Assembly: GCA_013239625.1 (NCBI GenBank)
Contig: MU054001.1
Location: 6,311,078 to 6,375,077 of the forward strand
Source: Lama guanicoe
Lineage: Eukaryota
DNA: 64,000 nucleotides
Direction of reading: 5' to 3'
How positions within the stretch are numbered: the stretch's first letter is position 1; each line of letters opens with the position of its first letter. The position numbers and the translations under genes were made by a program. Positions 48,262 through 61,282 of this stretch are shown in pieces. A model generated the notes under the pieces. The model was not told where the DNA came from. It saw only the letters and a list, made by a program, of their open reading frames with translations, and ran no database searches.

Positions 48262-51200
48262 GCATCTGTATAAGAATTCTAAATTCCTAGAAACAAAGGG
48301 TTAGAAGAACCCCTGGGAGTCACATACTCTGACAGTTCATGCAAAAACATTCACTGTCAACTGGTTTTCTTGCTTAAGAATGTGTTCCCAATGCCCTAGG
48401 AGTTCCCTGTTAGCACCCAGTGCAAACACACGCATTTAACCAAGTAACAAGAAAACTTCCACTTACAAGGTGTGTGTTAAGACTTGGCAGTATTTTGAGA
48501 AGTGAGAGAAAATAACTTATTCAAAAGGCAAATACATAAGAAATTCTATACTGGAGGAGATACATAAGGTAGCCAGCCCAAGGTTCTATGTTTAAAAATG
48601 GTACAAAAAGACAGCTAAGGGATGAATCTGGAAATCGTCTTCTAAACAAAGCATTACAAAACAAACACTGGACTAGAGTAAAGGTTGAATTCTTACCATT
48701 TTAACTTTCTTTTCCAATGCAAGTGATTGAATAATTGGACTTACCAGAAATTCACACATAATTAATTTATCATTCACTGGTTATTTATATTTAAGTCTCT
48801 GACAAAAGCAAGCTATTTAGAAACACAAACACACTCCTTTTGTGATCTTACATTTACTGGCAAACATAATATATATGTTGTAAGAATTTTAAGTTTTTTA
48901 CTGGCACAAGACATTCTCAGAAAATTATTCCATGATTAGCTAACGAACATATTAGTATTAGGTGACTACTGCCAACAGAACATTCAGAAGAGGACATTAG
49001 ATTCTTGCAAGGTATTACCTCAGCACTCACTGAAGAGAACTAAACTAATGTTTACTTGGGAGATAGTTTATAATAACGTGATTTATTGCATAAATTAAAG
49101 CTTTTCTAGAAAAGATGATGGATTTGGACAAGGAGATTTAAAACCCACGATGGAATCAAAAAAATTAACTAGCAAGCATGGGAATTAAAGTCACAAGATC
49201 CTGCTCATTAACACTATGCTTTAACTTCCTGGGCTACCCAATCACACCTCCTGAAAGAAAAGGGACTTAACAGTACTATGGTTTTACTGGATGTTCATGG
49301 ATTGTTCAGTACAGAAAAATACACAAAATGAAGCAGAATGGATGAACAGTTGCTTGTATTATAGCTCAATGACTGGAATACCAAAAATTACTTAAGAAGA
49401 CTAAGTAGTCACTTTAAATAACAAGCACTCTATGAAATAAAAGGGTCACGAAAAGCATCTGAAACCAAGTGCTGCTACGATGGTTACTTATCTGATAGTT
49501 TAGTGACTGCTTTCTTTACTGGGAAAGTCAAGAGAAAAGAATATAAGATTATAAACAACAACAACAAAACCAGACACAAAAAAACAATAATCTCTCCATT
49601 TGGGCCTATATCTACCTTACTAAATTACTACTAAGTTATTACAGTTTTCCTTTTCAATTTCCAATAACCAAAAAATTTGCAGTTAGGTTTGGGATTCGAT
49701 TTACACTTTACAGAAGACTCGTCTCTTCTTCAAAACAGAGGTTTGGTTTAAAGGTAGCCCGAAGGGCTAAGAATATCCTTACATTAAATGAGGAAGGGAA
49801 AATATTAAAATTAAAATACTTGAATTACACTTGGGGCAGCTGAGAAGACTACTTGGAGGATATGTAACTCTGGGGATTAAGAATTAGTGTTACGACAAAT
49901 AGGTACCAACATGATACATGGAGGAAATGTAATTAAATCAAATAAGATTTTTAAATGCAAGGGAATTTATTAAAAGACTTAGAGAATAGACAGAAGAAAA
50001 GAGGAGAATTATCTGAAATAGTTCCATACACCCTAGAAGAAACTGACAGGAGCATGTTGTCTGAGGAAAGTCCAGTCAACAGAAAAATCAGGCGAGCAGG
50101 GAACAGTTGCTTAGGAAGCATTTCAAGACAATCATACCAAACTTAGAACAACGAATTCTTTTACCAAACCCCTGAAAAGGAAGATTCCAGTTGCTGCTAG
50201 AATGGGGTTCAGATAAATGCAGTGAGATCACACTTTAGAAAAAAAATTCTGAAGGTTATCTAAGAAATGCTAAATAATTCAAGAATTTGGACTAAAAGAT
50301 ACCAGCAAGTCAAGGGCTGAAAAGGGCAGATCAGGAAGGGACTGACCAAAGTATTAAGCTGAATCAAGCTTTACTGATTGCTAAGCAAAGATATCCTTGA
50401 AACTTATCAAAATTTCACCAAGATTGTATACTCTGCTGTTCCTTCAAACTTCAAGAAAACTTTTTAAGACTTTAAATTGCAGTGTGATACAGGTAAAACA
50501 TAATTGTGGGTTTGGAGGCGAATCACCTGGAATTCAGTTCTGGCTCTACAACCTATTGATTCATATCCTCTAAGCAGTGGAGGGGAGGAAACAACAAAAC
50601 CTTCTAAATTTTAGTTTCCTCCTGTATAAAAGGCAATAATGTTTCCTGCCTGGCCTAAATAAGAAGTATTCTGTAGCTGTACAGTGCCCAAATGCAATTA
50701 TTAGAGGACCATTGATGCTAAAGAGGGAGTGAGTCTGCATCCTCAGAATACTATGTGCGTGTGTTTTGCGAACCCAGGGGTGGAAATCTTCTTTTTCAAG
50801 CTGCAGTTTAGAAGGGATGTGCCCAGTGTGGCAAGGGAAAGAAGAGACATTTACCAAGTCAGTTGAGCACAAGGCCTTAGTGAGCATCAGTGTAGCAGCT
50901 AAACTGTGCTCTCTCTATTTCCTGCTAAGAATGGCACAGAGATGAAGAGTGATAAAAAGAAAGCTAGAAGGCAAAAGGCAAGATGAGTACTCACAGCAAG
51001 AGTTACTATATACTATTTCAGGATTTCCGAAATTTTGAGAACAGCTTAAGGATGTAACCAGGATACTGCATTAAAAAATCCTTGGATCAGATCCAACTAG
51101 GCAGAGACAGTTCTGGGATGTTTCACAGCAACAGACTAAGAGTTGTGACTTTATCCCTGGCCGATAGCAGCCCTACATTCCACTACCCAGGCATGAGCAC

Positions 51201-52189
51201 AAAAGGATACTGGCCTCCTACCACCACTGCCATGACTGCATCCATGAGTGCCATAGGGCTCGGGTCTCTTACAGTTTCAAAATAGACCACTTTGGCACCA
51301 GAGGTGACATATCTAAAACAGACTTGTAGAGATCTGAGCTAAGATACACTTGAAAATAAGTGTTTAAAGTTCTTCTGGGAATTGAAAAGTGCTAACCCAC
51401 AGAAAATTAGAAGATCAATGTTAAATGTATAAAACCCATCATCCAAATCTAAATGGCAAACTTCTCCCATCCATTTGAATAAAATTGGCCTGCTACAATT
51501 AAGATTAATTTTGCATGCAAAAAGTAGCAAAGAACATCACTTAATCATCTTCCAAGCCTTGAAGTAAAATCCTTAATGATTCAATTTAAAGACTGGCACC
51601 TCGGGTACCGGAAGACAATCTGGAGCCTCTGTTTTTCCACTAGTGATCTTCCAAAACCCTCACTTTCTAGTGTTAATGATAATTTTTACACAAGATTCTT
51701 TCTGATATCACTATCTTTTTTATAAACAGAAAAAACCCTACTCCAAATATTTTATACTGAAAATAGAGTCAGTGGGACCACACTGCCATGTATTAAGTAG
51801 TTATTTAAAAGCACAGAAGGGGCCTGATAAATCATAAATACTGAGGTAAATTTTTAAAAATCACTGTTTCTAATCAGATAAATTTTGTCTGGAATTTGAC
51901 TGATAATCTGAACTACTGAGAACTTAATTTAGATGAAAGTTGAAATATAACATTATCTTCCTATTTTTAGTACTTGCCAGAATTTGTTTAATGTTCGAAC
52001 TAACTTTACCACAAATTATTTCTCTCCTTTACTTTCTTTGCTGATTGCTGCTATTCCACTTTATATTATAAAAATGCTTCATAAGAATGATAAAACTTAA
52101 AGCAAACTGTGAATTAGTTGACCAGAGCTAAAGGAAAAACTCTTTTTGTTTCAATCTTTGTTATTAAAACATTCCTAAATGTGTGAGCA

Positions 52190-52345
52190 CACTTACATTT
52201 CAGTGCTTACTTATGTCAGCTGTTAAAATGCTTTATACATAACTAATTCAATCATTACAGCAGCTTTATAAAGTAGAAACCATTATTATTTTCATTTTAT
52301 AGATGAGGAGACTGAGGCACAGAGAAATTACACAGCCAGCGATCT
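52190..52345. mobile_element. MIR SINE
   Basis: cattattattttcattttatagatgaggagactgaggcacagagaaatta core motif. Confidence 0.8.
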
Positions 52346-53060
52346 GGAGCCAATTTTCAGTTTACTAAATATCTTACACCAGCTTAATTTTTGTGTGTGA
52401 TTAGTCCTTCTATCCAAAAGGTACACAGCAGATTCTTCCTGACCAGTGTTTCCTAAACTGTTTCTCTACTTCATTTAAGCCTCAATGATCTTACTTCATT
52501 TAAGTCTCAATGATCTAAACTGACCTATAGCTGATAACCTTTAAATTCTTAAATCTTTTAGTGTGAAATGGATAAGACTAATTGAGCTACACTATCTAGT
52601 TAAACAAAATATAAAGAGTGTTAAGTATTTCTCATTAGGATAAAAATCAACTCAATCACATGAAACGGAATTTTACATGCAATGAATATACAATTGGTGT
52701 TTGGCAATTTTAATGTACTTGAGCTTTCAAACAGTGTCATGTTTCAAAGAGGAAAAAGATAATGACTTGGTTGAGCAGAAAGGCCAAACCTTGGACTGGA
52801 TACTGATACGCATGTACTGACACCTTAGGAAGTTGGGAAAGACACTCTGCTCTTTTTCTGCATCTGTTTATGGGCACTGAGAGCAGACTTTTTACTTTTA
52901 AGCAAATTTTACCTGCATCATATATAGAAAAAAGAGATAAAAGTTACATAGAAACTGGAGTTGTAATATAATACTTCGATTTTTATTCATACTCAAATCC
53001 ATACATTTAAATTAAAAAAAAAAACCCCAAAACCTCTACACACTGAAATCAGAAAATTAC

Positions 53061-53176
53061 CTTGAATGTAGCTCTGTGCTGCCATTATTGTATTTGCTTC
53101 CCCTTTCCCAGACACCGAAGTCAGGAACGCGGTAAACTCTTTCTACACAAAATACAAGGTTTTGAATAAAAGAGAC
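53061..53176 (-). CDS. PHKB: Phosphorylase kinase beta subunit, internal coding exon (exon 7 equivalent, 116 nt)
   Basis: Minus strand reads ttcttttcttttag|GTC TCT TTT ATT CAA...CAT TCA AG|gtaatt. Translates to [38 protein letters not shown](S), recognised as PHKB. Phase 0 in, phase 2 out. Missed by the ORF track. Confidence 0.97.
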
Positions 53177-55372
53177 CTAAAAGAAAAGAAGTGAAACCTA
53201 AGTACCTGTGCCATAACAGGACCCTTAAACATTAATAAGAACAATTAGGTATCTGAAATAATTACATATTTGAAAATTTGGATTTGAAATCCAAACATAC
53301 ACTTGCCAACCAATGCTTTTTTAATACGCTGAAATTCTTATGATTATTAACATTACTGTGAATACTCTGGTACACCTGGTTTTTCTCATATAAATCCTAA
53401 AGTGAGAACCTAACATGACACAGTACAGAAAAAAAATTTAAGTCCTGACAATGCTCCAACTATATTTCTCCAATGATGTACCTATTAGTGTTCATGAGGG
53501 CTTTGCACCTTAAGAATTAAGAAAAATACAGAGCACTGTTTTATAGTAGATGATAATATCTGGAATCTAAAATGTCAAATGTTAAGTAAGTCTAAAACTT
53601 TGGAGATAAAAAGGTATTTCTCAGTTCTGAAATGAGACTGTCTCGCGTTAGCTCTACCTAGCATCCCGAGTCTATTACTCCTGGACTCTAATCTTCCTCT
53701 TGCCTTTTCTGTAGTACAAGTACCCATTTTCATAAACTCGAAGCTTACAGTTAGAGACGGGCTCCAACCAGTGGGTCAGGAGCCACAGCTTCCATGCAAA
53801 TATTTCAGGCATTTGATGAAATTTATGCTTTCAATAGTTACTATGGAAAGCAAAGGTTATGATCAGTTCTTATTTAATAAAAGTTTGTTCATTTTAATAA
53901 AGACAATACCTTATGTGGACTACTGGTCCTGATTACAGGGTTTTTAATTTAGTCATCTTGTTTGGTTCAATATCACAAACCAAATATTATGCATCTTGCC
54001 TAATATTCATCTCAACAGCCCTCTGAAGCGGCAAATAGATATTTCCCACCTCCACCCTACCACACATAATTAATATAATGTATATACCTGTAAGAATGAC
54101 ACAATAATAACACAAAAAAACACAATAGACTAGAAACTTTGAGAAATTACACGAAGAGAGAAAACAGTAGGAAAGACCTGGTTGAGAAATCAGAGAAGTA
54201 ACCACAGCTTTTTAAAGTGATTCTTCCTTGTTCTCTAGGGTCAATGGAAAGTCTCTAAGCCCAGAGTCAACAAACTCATTGATCAAGAGTTGACCAGGAA
54301 GCAGCCTACCCAGTTTCTCTCACAAACAATGAATGGCTGCTGCAGCTGAATCCCTGACCTCTCCAATCTCAGTCCCAGCAGAGAGATATCCGCCCCTCAG
54401 AGCCAAGAACAGCTTGCACATTTCAGTGAAGGAAAAGCCAAGGAGGGTGTTGGGGCCTCACAGAAATAGAACAGAGCATTCACTCTAGGTTTTCACAAAA
54501 CATCCCACAATTTCTCTATCCAAGAGAGAAGGACATATCTACAGTAAACTTTTTTTTTCAAACTTTAAATATTGGTGAGGGTCTCCTAAATTTGCCTAAC
54601 TTCTTGCTACCTTGCCTATTTCCCTAAGGAAAACCTGCCTATATTAAAAACCCTGGTCTACTTTCATAAAACCTGGTGTCTTCAGCTTTTCCATGGTCTT
54701 TGGAGTTTCACAGACTCTGTAACACTTACAGGAAATATTTTATACTTGTCAGGTCTCCAAGTTAAAAGCTTTGAAACCATCTACATCCTTCCTCCTCTTA
54801 TGACAAACCTCTGAAATATACAGTCCATACACTTGCCTCTTCCCCTCTTACACGGACTTCAGGACCAGGGCGAGGCACAAGGAAGGCAGTCTGCACAGAC
54901 TGTGTGAATGATGTAATAGGTGGCTGGAAAGGCATTTTTGGCTAATGACTCCTGTAAGGAAAGCTAAACTACCATTTATATCAAGGTCTGCAACTAAGGA
55001 GTTTGGAAATTATCATTCTACTCCATCCTAACAAGTAAAAAGCCTTTTAACTCTTCCTGGACTACCTTCCTTCTTTTTCTGGAGAAGACGGGGGGAGGGG
55101 TAAAATTTCTCATTAATGATTTAATTTCCAACATCATGCATTTCTAAGTGGGTGAAAAAAATTGGAAGTAAAACAAACCCTCAGATGTTACAATTGGGTG
55201 TGACCCTCGAAAGCTCAACTCTACCTGACAAAATCATATTCCTTAGTATTTAATTTCTCACTTTAGAGAAAACTTAGTTTTTCCTCCTCTTGGGGGCAAA
55301 AACAACAAAAACATTAAGAAACACTGGAATAGGTCTATTTTGTTTTTCTATTTTAAGTCAGTTTCAGTTAAC

Positions 55373-55766
55373 TATATTAGTTTGCGAGGGTTGCCATAAC
55401 AAAATACCAGAGACTGGGTGGTTTAAACAACAGAACTTTTCTTAGAGCTCTGAAGCCCAGCTCAAGGTGTCTGGCTTCTTCTAAGGCCTCTCTCCTTGGC
55501 TGGCAGGTGGGCCACCCTCTTGCTGCTTTGTCCTCACATGGTTCTCCCTCTGTTCATACCTGCTCCTCATATCTGCTTGTATGTCTAAATTTCCTCCTCT
55601 TATAAGGAAATCAGTCAGACTGGATTAAGGGACTCATTTAAACTTTCCCCTTTGAAGACCCTATTTCCATATAAAATCACAGTTTGAGGTACTGGGGGTT
55701 AGGATTTCAACAGATAAATTGGGAGCTCAGGGAACAGGGGAGTGGAACACAGCTCAGTTTACAACA
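55373..55766 (-). mobile_element. MLT1A-C type MaLR solo LTR
   Basis: tatattagtttgcgagggttgccataacaaaataccagagactgggtggtttaaacaacagaa...tgaggtactgggggttaggatttcaaca...cagtttacaaca. Confidence 0.85.
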
Positions 55767-56707
55767 TATTGCCATGTAATTTCTTATGGTATATTCTCTC
55801 TCTTTAAATGCCTACTCATTTGTAGTTATATTTGCCTTTTCATTCCTAATATTATTTGTTTAAGTGTTCCTTTTCTGCTTAGCAAATTTTGTAAGAGGTT
55901 AAACTATTACCCTTAAAAAAATACAGTTGGTTTTGCCAATAGTATTTATTCTAACTTTATATTTTATACCATTATTTCTATCTTTATCTTTATTACTTTC
56001 TTCCACCTACTTGCTTTGTGTTTACTATTCTATTCTTTTTCTGACTTTAAAAATAGGATACTTACCTTGCTAATTTTCTATCAAAACTCTTTTCTAATAT
56101 GTGCATTCAAGGCTAAAAATTGCTTACCATCACCACTTTGGCTATATTCCATGAGTACTGGCGTGTAGTACTTTCATTGTCATTTTATGGTATTTCTCAA
56201 TTTCTATACTCATCTTCAAAATCATAAAACAGAAGTGTACACTTTCACCTGCTAAAAACAGGATATTTAGTGGGAATCTTTACCTACTGACTTCTAAATT
56301 CAATGTGGTCAGAGAACATAGCCACTGATTCTTTGATATTGACTTAGTCTTTGTAGAGATTTACTGTGATTAATTGTGCTACACAAATAATCTGTATCAT
56401 ACCTTTTATTTTTTGTCTCCTTGGTTTATCACTTTCTAAAAATCTCCTATCCCATTAAACGTTTGCTTTATATATTTTGAGAACATACTGTTAGGTTTAT
56501 ACAGTACTATTGTAGCTTCCTTCCTAAAGGAGCTGAAATGTTCCTTTAAACATTAAGTAATGTCACTCTTTATAACTTTACCATAAATATATCTTAAAAT
56601 ACAAAAAATATTTAAAAACCTTAAAAACAAGCTGCTATAAAAAGAAAACCCCCAAATGCAGTGGCATTTAAGATATAATTGATTTCTCAAACAGTATGGT
56701 TGGTCCA

Positions 56708-57200
56708 TGTATGATAGAGTTTTATTTATTTGTTTTAATTCTGCCAACTCATTTTTAAAGATTTGGTTAGAGACTTGGTCAGTTCCTCTTTCTAAATAAG
56801 GAAGAGGATTAAGTCTTGATGAAGTTCACACCCTAGCCATTACCCTTACTGGGTTCTCACATTCTGTGCCATGATGTACCCACCCTAATCACCGCAGTAC
56901 CAGATACCCTGCAAACTGAGGTAGGCCCTTGTGCACTGAAGTCCACGTAAGTATTCAAAGTAGCCAATGCACAGGGAGCCTGCAAAACCTAGTTAACCCC
57001 ACCCTGCTTACCATACATAAGCTGTCCCCTGTGGCTGCAGCTTGTTGTTATCCTGTCCTTGGGTACAAATCCCTGGGTAGCCCTACATGGGAGCTTACTC
57101 TCATTTACAGCTGTAAACAACAAAGAACTGTGCATTTTATCTAAGTGTCACTGTGTTGTTTACAGCCATCAAAAAAGAAATCTTTAAATCGTATAAAACA
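56708..57200 (+). mobile_element. ERVL-type LTR (MER73/MER54/MER74 group) nested in an MLT1 remnant
   Basis: tattcaaagtagccaat...ggagcctgcaaaacctagttaaccccaccctgcttaccatacataagctg, ending tataaaaca. MLT1-like sequence precedes it (ccccaaatgcagtggc) and resumes after it (ttccacaatgccatttagggacccagg). Confidence 0.6.
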
Positions 57201-57954
57201 CAGGTTGGTGGGGCAGCTTAGTTCCACAATGCCATTTAGGGACCCAGGTTTCTCGCATCACTTGTATAATTTTCCGGTGGGTGGTGGAGGGTAGGAGCAG
57301 ACAATTTATTTTTATCTATTCTGCACAAGACTCATGTTTTTCTCATATAATCAGTCATCATTTCTTCAAATACTGTCTTTCCCCAATTCCCTCTATTCCT
57401 TTCTTCCTATGAAATATATTTTGGACCTTCTCATTCTATCTTCAGTTACTCTTAAACTCTCATTTACAATTTCTATCTTTTTACCTCTCTGCCCTACATT
57501 CTGGATAATTTCACTAGAACTATCTTCCAGTACATAAATTCTTTCTTCACCAATGCCCAATCTACCTGTTAATATGTCCACTAACCTTTTAGTTGTTCAC
57601 ATTTATTACTTCTAATAAACATATCTGGTTCTTTTTTCATACATTCTTTTTCATTCTTTATTTTGTCTCTACAATATTAATATTTAAGAATTGAACATTT
57701 TTATTTTAGAGCTTCTTTCAAATAGCTGTTCTATTATCTAAAATTCTTTTCTGTTTGCAATTATTTAACTCATTTTCAGCAAACATTTTCATTTGTGGAT
57801 ATGTACCTAAAGAGCAATTTTGTCTTTATTTCAGACCCCACATCAGCATATGGTACAGGCTTAGGGTTTCAATTGAGGGTCCCAGACAATAGTAACTTCC
57901 TATTCTCTGGGCCAGTGTGCTGAGGGTTTGTTTTTTTTTTTTTTTTTTTTTTCT

Positions 57955-58011
57955 NNNNNNNNNNNNNNNNNNNNNNNNNNNNNNNNNNNNNNNNNNNNNN
58001 NNNNNNNNNNN
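57955..58011. other. Assembly gap (57 N) within a poly(T) tract
   Basis: Run of n flanked on both sides by more than 20 T. Confidence 0.99.
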
Positions 58012-58260
58012 TTTTTTTTTTTTTTTTTTTTTTTTGTCCTCCTTCCACAGAGAAGACAGTTCTTCATAACTTCATGTATAGGATCACGTGTAACACCTCA
58101 TCTTAAATGAGCCTAAGGGTTAGTCCCTGGCCCCTAAGATCTATGATATATTGATTGCAAAAAATGGCCTCAATGGTCCAACCTTCTCTTTATGTATTCC
58201 ATTTGAAATGACACATGATTTAGTTAAGGCCAGCAAGGGGCCTACTAGATCCATATATAT

Positions 58261-58740
58261 TGTTATCATTTAGCTATTACACTTTTAAACAAAAAAATCC
58301 TAAAATGCAGTGTCTTATAAACAGCTTAGGTCCCCTATCAGTCTACACAAGCCTGGGCCAGTTCTGCCGATTATGGACAGGCTCAGCTGATCTTAGCTGA
58401 GCTTACTCATTCAGGTTGTGGCTAGTTGGCAGGTTGATAGCCGATTTAGGATGGCATTGGTTGATAAAAGCCATCTCTGCTCCACATGGTCTGTCATCCT
58501 TGAGAAAGGAGCTAGGCTTGTTCTCATGGGAAAGTTAGGGATCTGAAAGAACAGATGCATAAGGGGCCTCTTGAGGTCTAGGCTCAGAATTGGTACACCC
58601 TCATTTCTGCCACATTCTGCAGGCCAGAGCAAACCATGTGTCTTACCTCTTGTTGGAAAGAACTGTAAAACACATTTCAAAGGGTGTTCATAAAGAGAAG
58701 AGTGGAGAATTGAGGCCATTTTTGCAATCAGTGTACCATA
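58261..58740 (-). mobile_element. MLT1F/G-type MaLR solo LTR
   Basis: tgttatcatttagctatt...ctgggccagttctg...ctctgctccacatggtct...ggcttgttctcatgg...ggcctcttgaggtctaggctcagaattgg...ggccatttttgcaatcagtgtaccata. Confidence 0.8.
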
Positions 58741-60977
58741 GATCTTACGGGCCAAGGGATAGTTTTTTAAAAAATCACATTGGAACAACTGAAAAGTAAT
58801 AGACGTTATTCAATACCGTTAAATATCAAGTAATATAACTTGATTTAAAATGCCCATAAAAGGCCCCTACTAATTTTTAAGTGAGCCAAGTGAAATTTTC
58901 ATGACACAGTAAAAAGAAAAATATCAATGTCTTAAGATAGTCCAGTCAGGCAACGTGAGGACACTGAATAACAATAAAGTGATTTCAGAATTGGAAGATA
59001 ACATCCTGAAAGAACGCTATTCACAGATCAATTATGTGAATACTAATTTAGCACCTCATCCTATCATTAGTGACTTCCTTCCCATGGAAGTTGACAATCT
59101 GCGGCTAATAGTAACAGAATCAAAATAAACTACTTTTACAGAAAAATGGCTAAAGAACAAAAAAGATAACTTGGGTAACTGGAAAGGTTTTTCTGTCACA
59201 CTATGGCACGAATGGCTCTTTTATGTTTAATTCTTAACAAGAAATATAGGAAGATTATATACCTTAAATATCATTTGATTACAAGGAAAGTGAAGTGCTC
59301 AAAATTTCGGTTACTGGTAGAAGTTCATGCTTTCTTCTTACAGTAATTTGGAATAATTCTGCAAGTTACATTTTGCACTGCAATTCAAGAAGGATCACTC
59401 CAAATTTGCTTTGTAGCCAAACAACAATATATTTTTAGTTTGACCAATGTGAAGAAATTCTACTTCATAAGAAGTCATTTTACTGTCCAAATAGAAATAT
59501 TTCCACAAATGGATACTTTCCAAGGAAGAGATTCCTTATATACAATTCTAAACTAACTGTCACTGTGTACCAGAGTAAAAATTTTTAAAAAACTAATTCA
59601 GCCATTCACTAAACTATTATCATTTCCTAATGAAATAGAAAAAAGACATTGATATATATGACATATGTATGTTTAAATAAACACATTATTATGAATTACA
59701 GTATTCTTTTCCTGTAACATGTGGAATTCATTAAAGTGAATTCATATGAAGCAGTGACCATTTTATGCATTTTAGATAATTTGCAATTATTTCAGCAATA
59801 AGTGAAGTGACCATTCCAGTTTATTACATCTCATGAAACTATCATTTTAAAAATTTATCAGCTTTACTTCAGTAACAAGTAACATTTGGGAGTGTGGCTG
59901 ATGGTGTGGCTGATGGTGACAGTATTTGGATGAAGAAGTCTATATCAATAAACTGTAAGTTTAAGTTTTTTTAATTCCCCAAGTTATAACATTATCTTGA
60001 AATGAGAGAATACTGTAATAATAACTAAAAATCCATTTTAGTCTTATTGAACATTGTTTCAATTTCCCCATCTCCCTTAGCTCCTATCAAAACCATACAA
60101 GCACCAAAACAAGAAAACAAAATTCAATTCAGAATACTTCAAAGGATGTATATGGAACTCGGAACAAATTTTTATGTATGGGAAACATTTTTATTTAGTT
60201 AACAAAACTAGAACAAAATGGTTATTTTTAAAAATTCAGAGACCGTATTACAAAGGAGCTCAAGAGATCGTCTGTAACAACTATATCTTTCCAGATATGT
60301 CAATTTCTGGCATTTATTGTAAATCACTTAAATTAATGTAAGGTCTTCAAGGCCCAATTTCTCTAGTACTAAGAAAACGGAATCCTCTCCAGTATCTATA
60401 AATCCAACTCAGATGATAGCAGCCCAAATTAGGTGCAATACTGCAAAAAAGACTTAACCACTGAGTAATAATTTGCATTTAATTTCTTCAGTAACAAATC
60501 ACAACCAAGACGCCTCTTAAATAACATATGTAATTTGGTCTGACTTATGTGTACAAGTATCACCAACAAGGGAACAATGAACTGCCATCTGAGGTATGGG
60601 GAATATAAAAATTTCAAGAGAAAGAGTATGTGATAGGCACGTCATGGAGGAAACAGAATGACAGCAACGACTAGACAATGAATTTGACGACTCGACTGGT
60701 CTTTTAGAGGATAATCTCACAACAGGTTAAAATTCTGTCTATTTTAAAATATCTATCTACACATATACACACCAGTGTGTACATGGTTAGCTTAGGAGGC
60801 ATAAATTAAATCTCTTATGAAACGTCACCACCAATACAAAAAATGAGGCAAAATAAGATTTCTTTTATCAAGAAAAGCTGAGTGGTGGGGTGAGGGGAAA
60901 GGATTAATGGAGTATCTCAAAGAAAGTAATTTCCTAATTCAATACACTGTAAGTGACAGGCAACAAAAGCAAACAAC

Positions 60978-61282
60978 CATGTGCAATAAATAAGGTAGCC
61001 ATTAGCCTCATGTGGCTGACTGCCATGTAGCTAGCCCAAACTGCAATGAACTTTCAGCGTAAAGTACATACCAATTTTGCAGACTTAGCACAAAATAAAG
61101 AACATAAAATATCTCCTTAATAATCTCTTCTATTTATTCCATGTTAAAATTAGAATACTATAAATATACTACATTAAATGAAATATATTATTGAAACTAA
61201 TTTCACCTACTGTTTTTAATACAGCTACTGAAAAATTTTAATTGCATATGTGGCTCACATTGTATTTCGACTGGACAGCACA
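60978..61282. mobile_element. MER33-type hAT-Charlie element
   Basis: ggtagccattagcctcatgtggct...gtaaagtacatacca...agacttag...tatgtggctcacattgtatttcgactggacagcac. Confidence 0.8.

Noticed and set aside
59892..59918. 12-bp tandem repeat gtgtggctgatg x2
   Set aside because: An ordinary micro-duplication with no further structure.
60636..60725. CpG-bearing, coding-looking patch (QQRLDNEFDDSTGLLEDNLTTG)
   Set aside because: It is short and bounded by stops, with no recognisable homologue, poly(A) tail or TSD, so a retrocopy cannot be supported.
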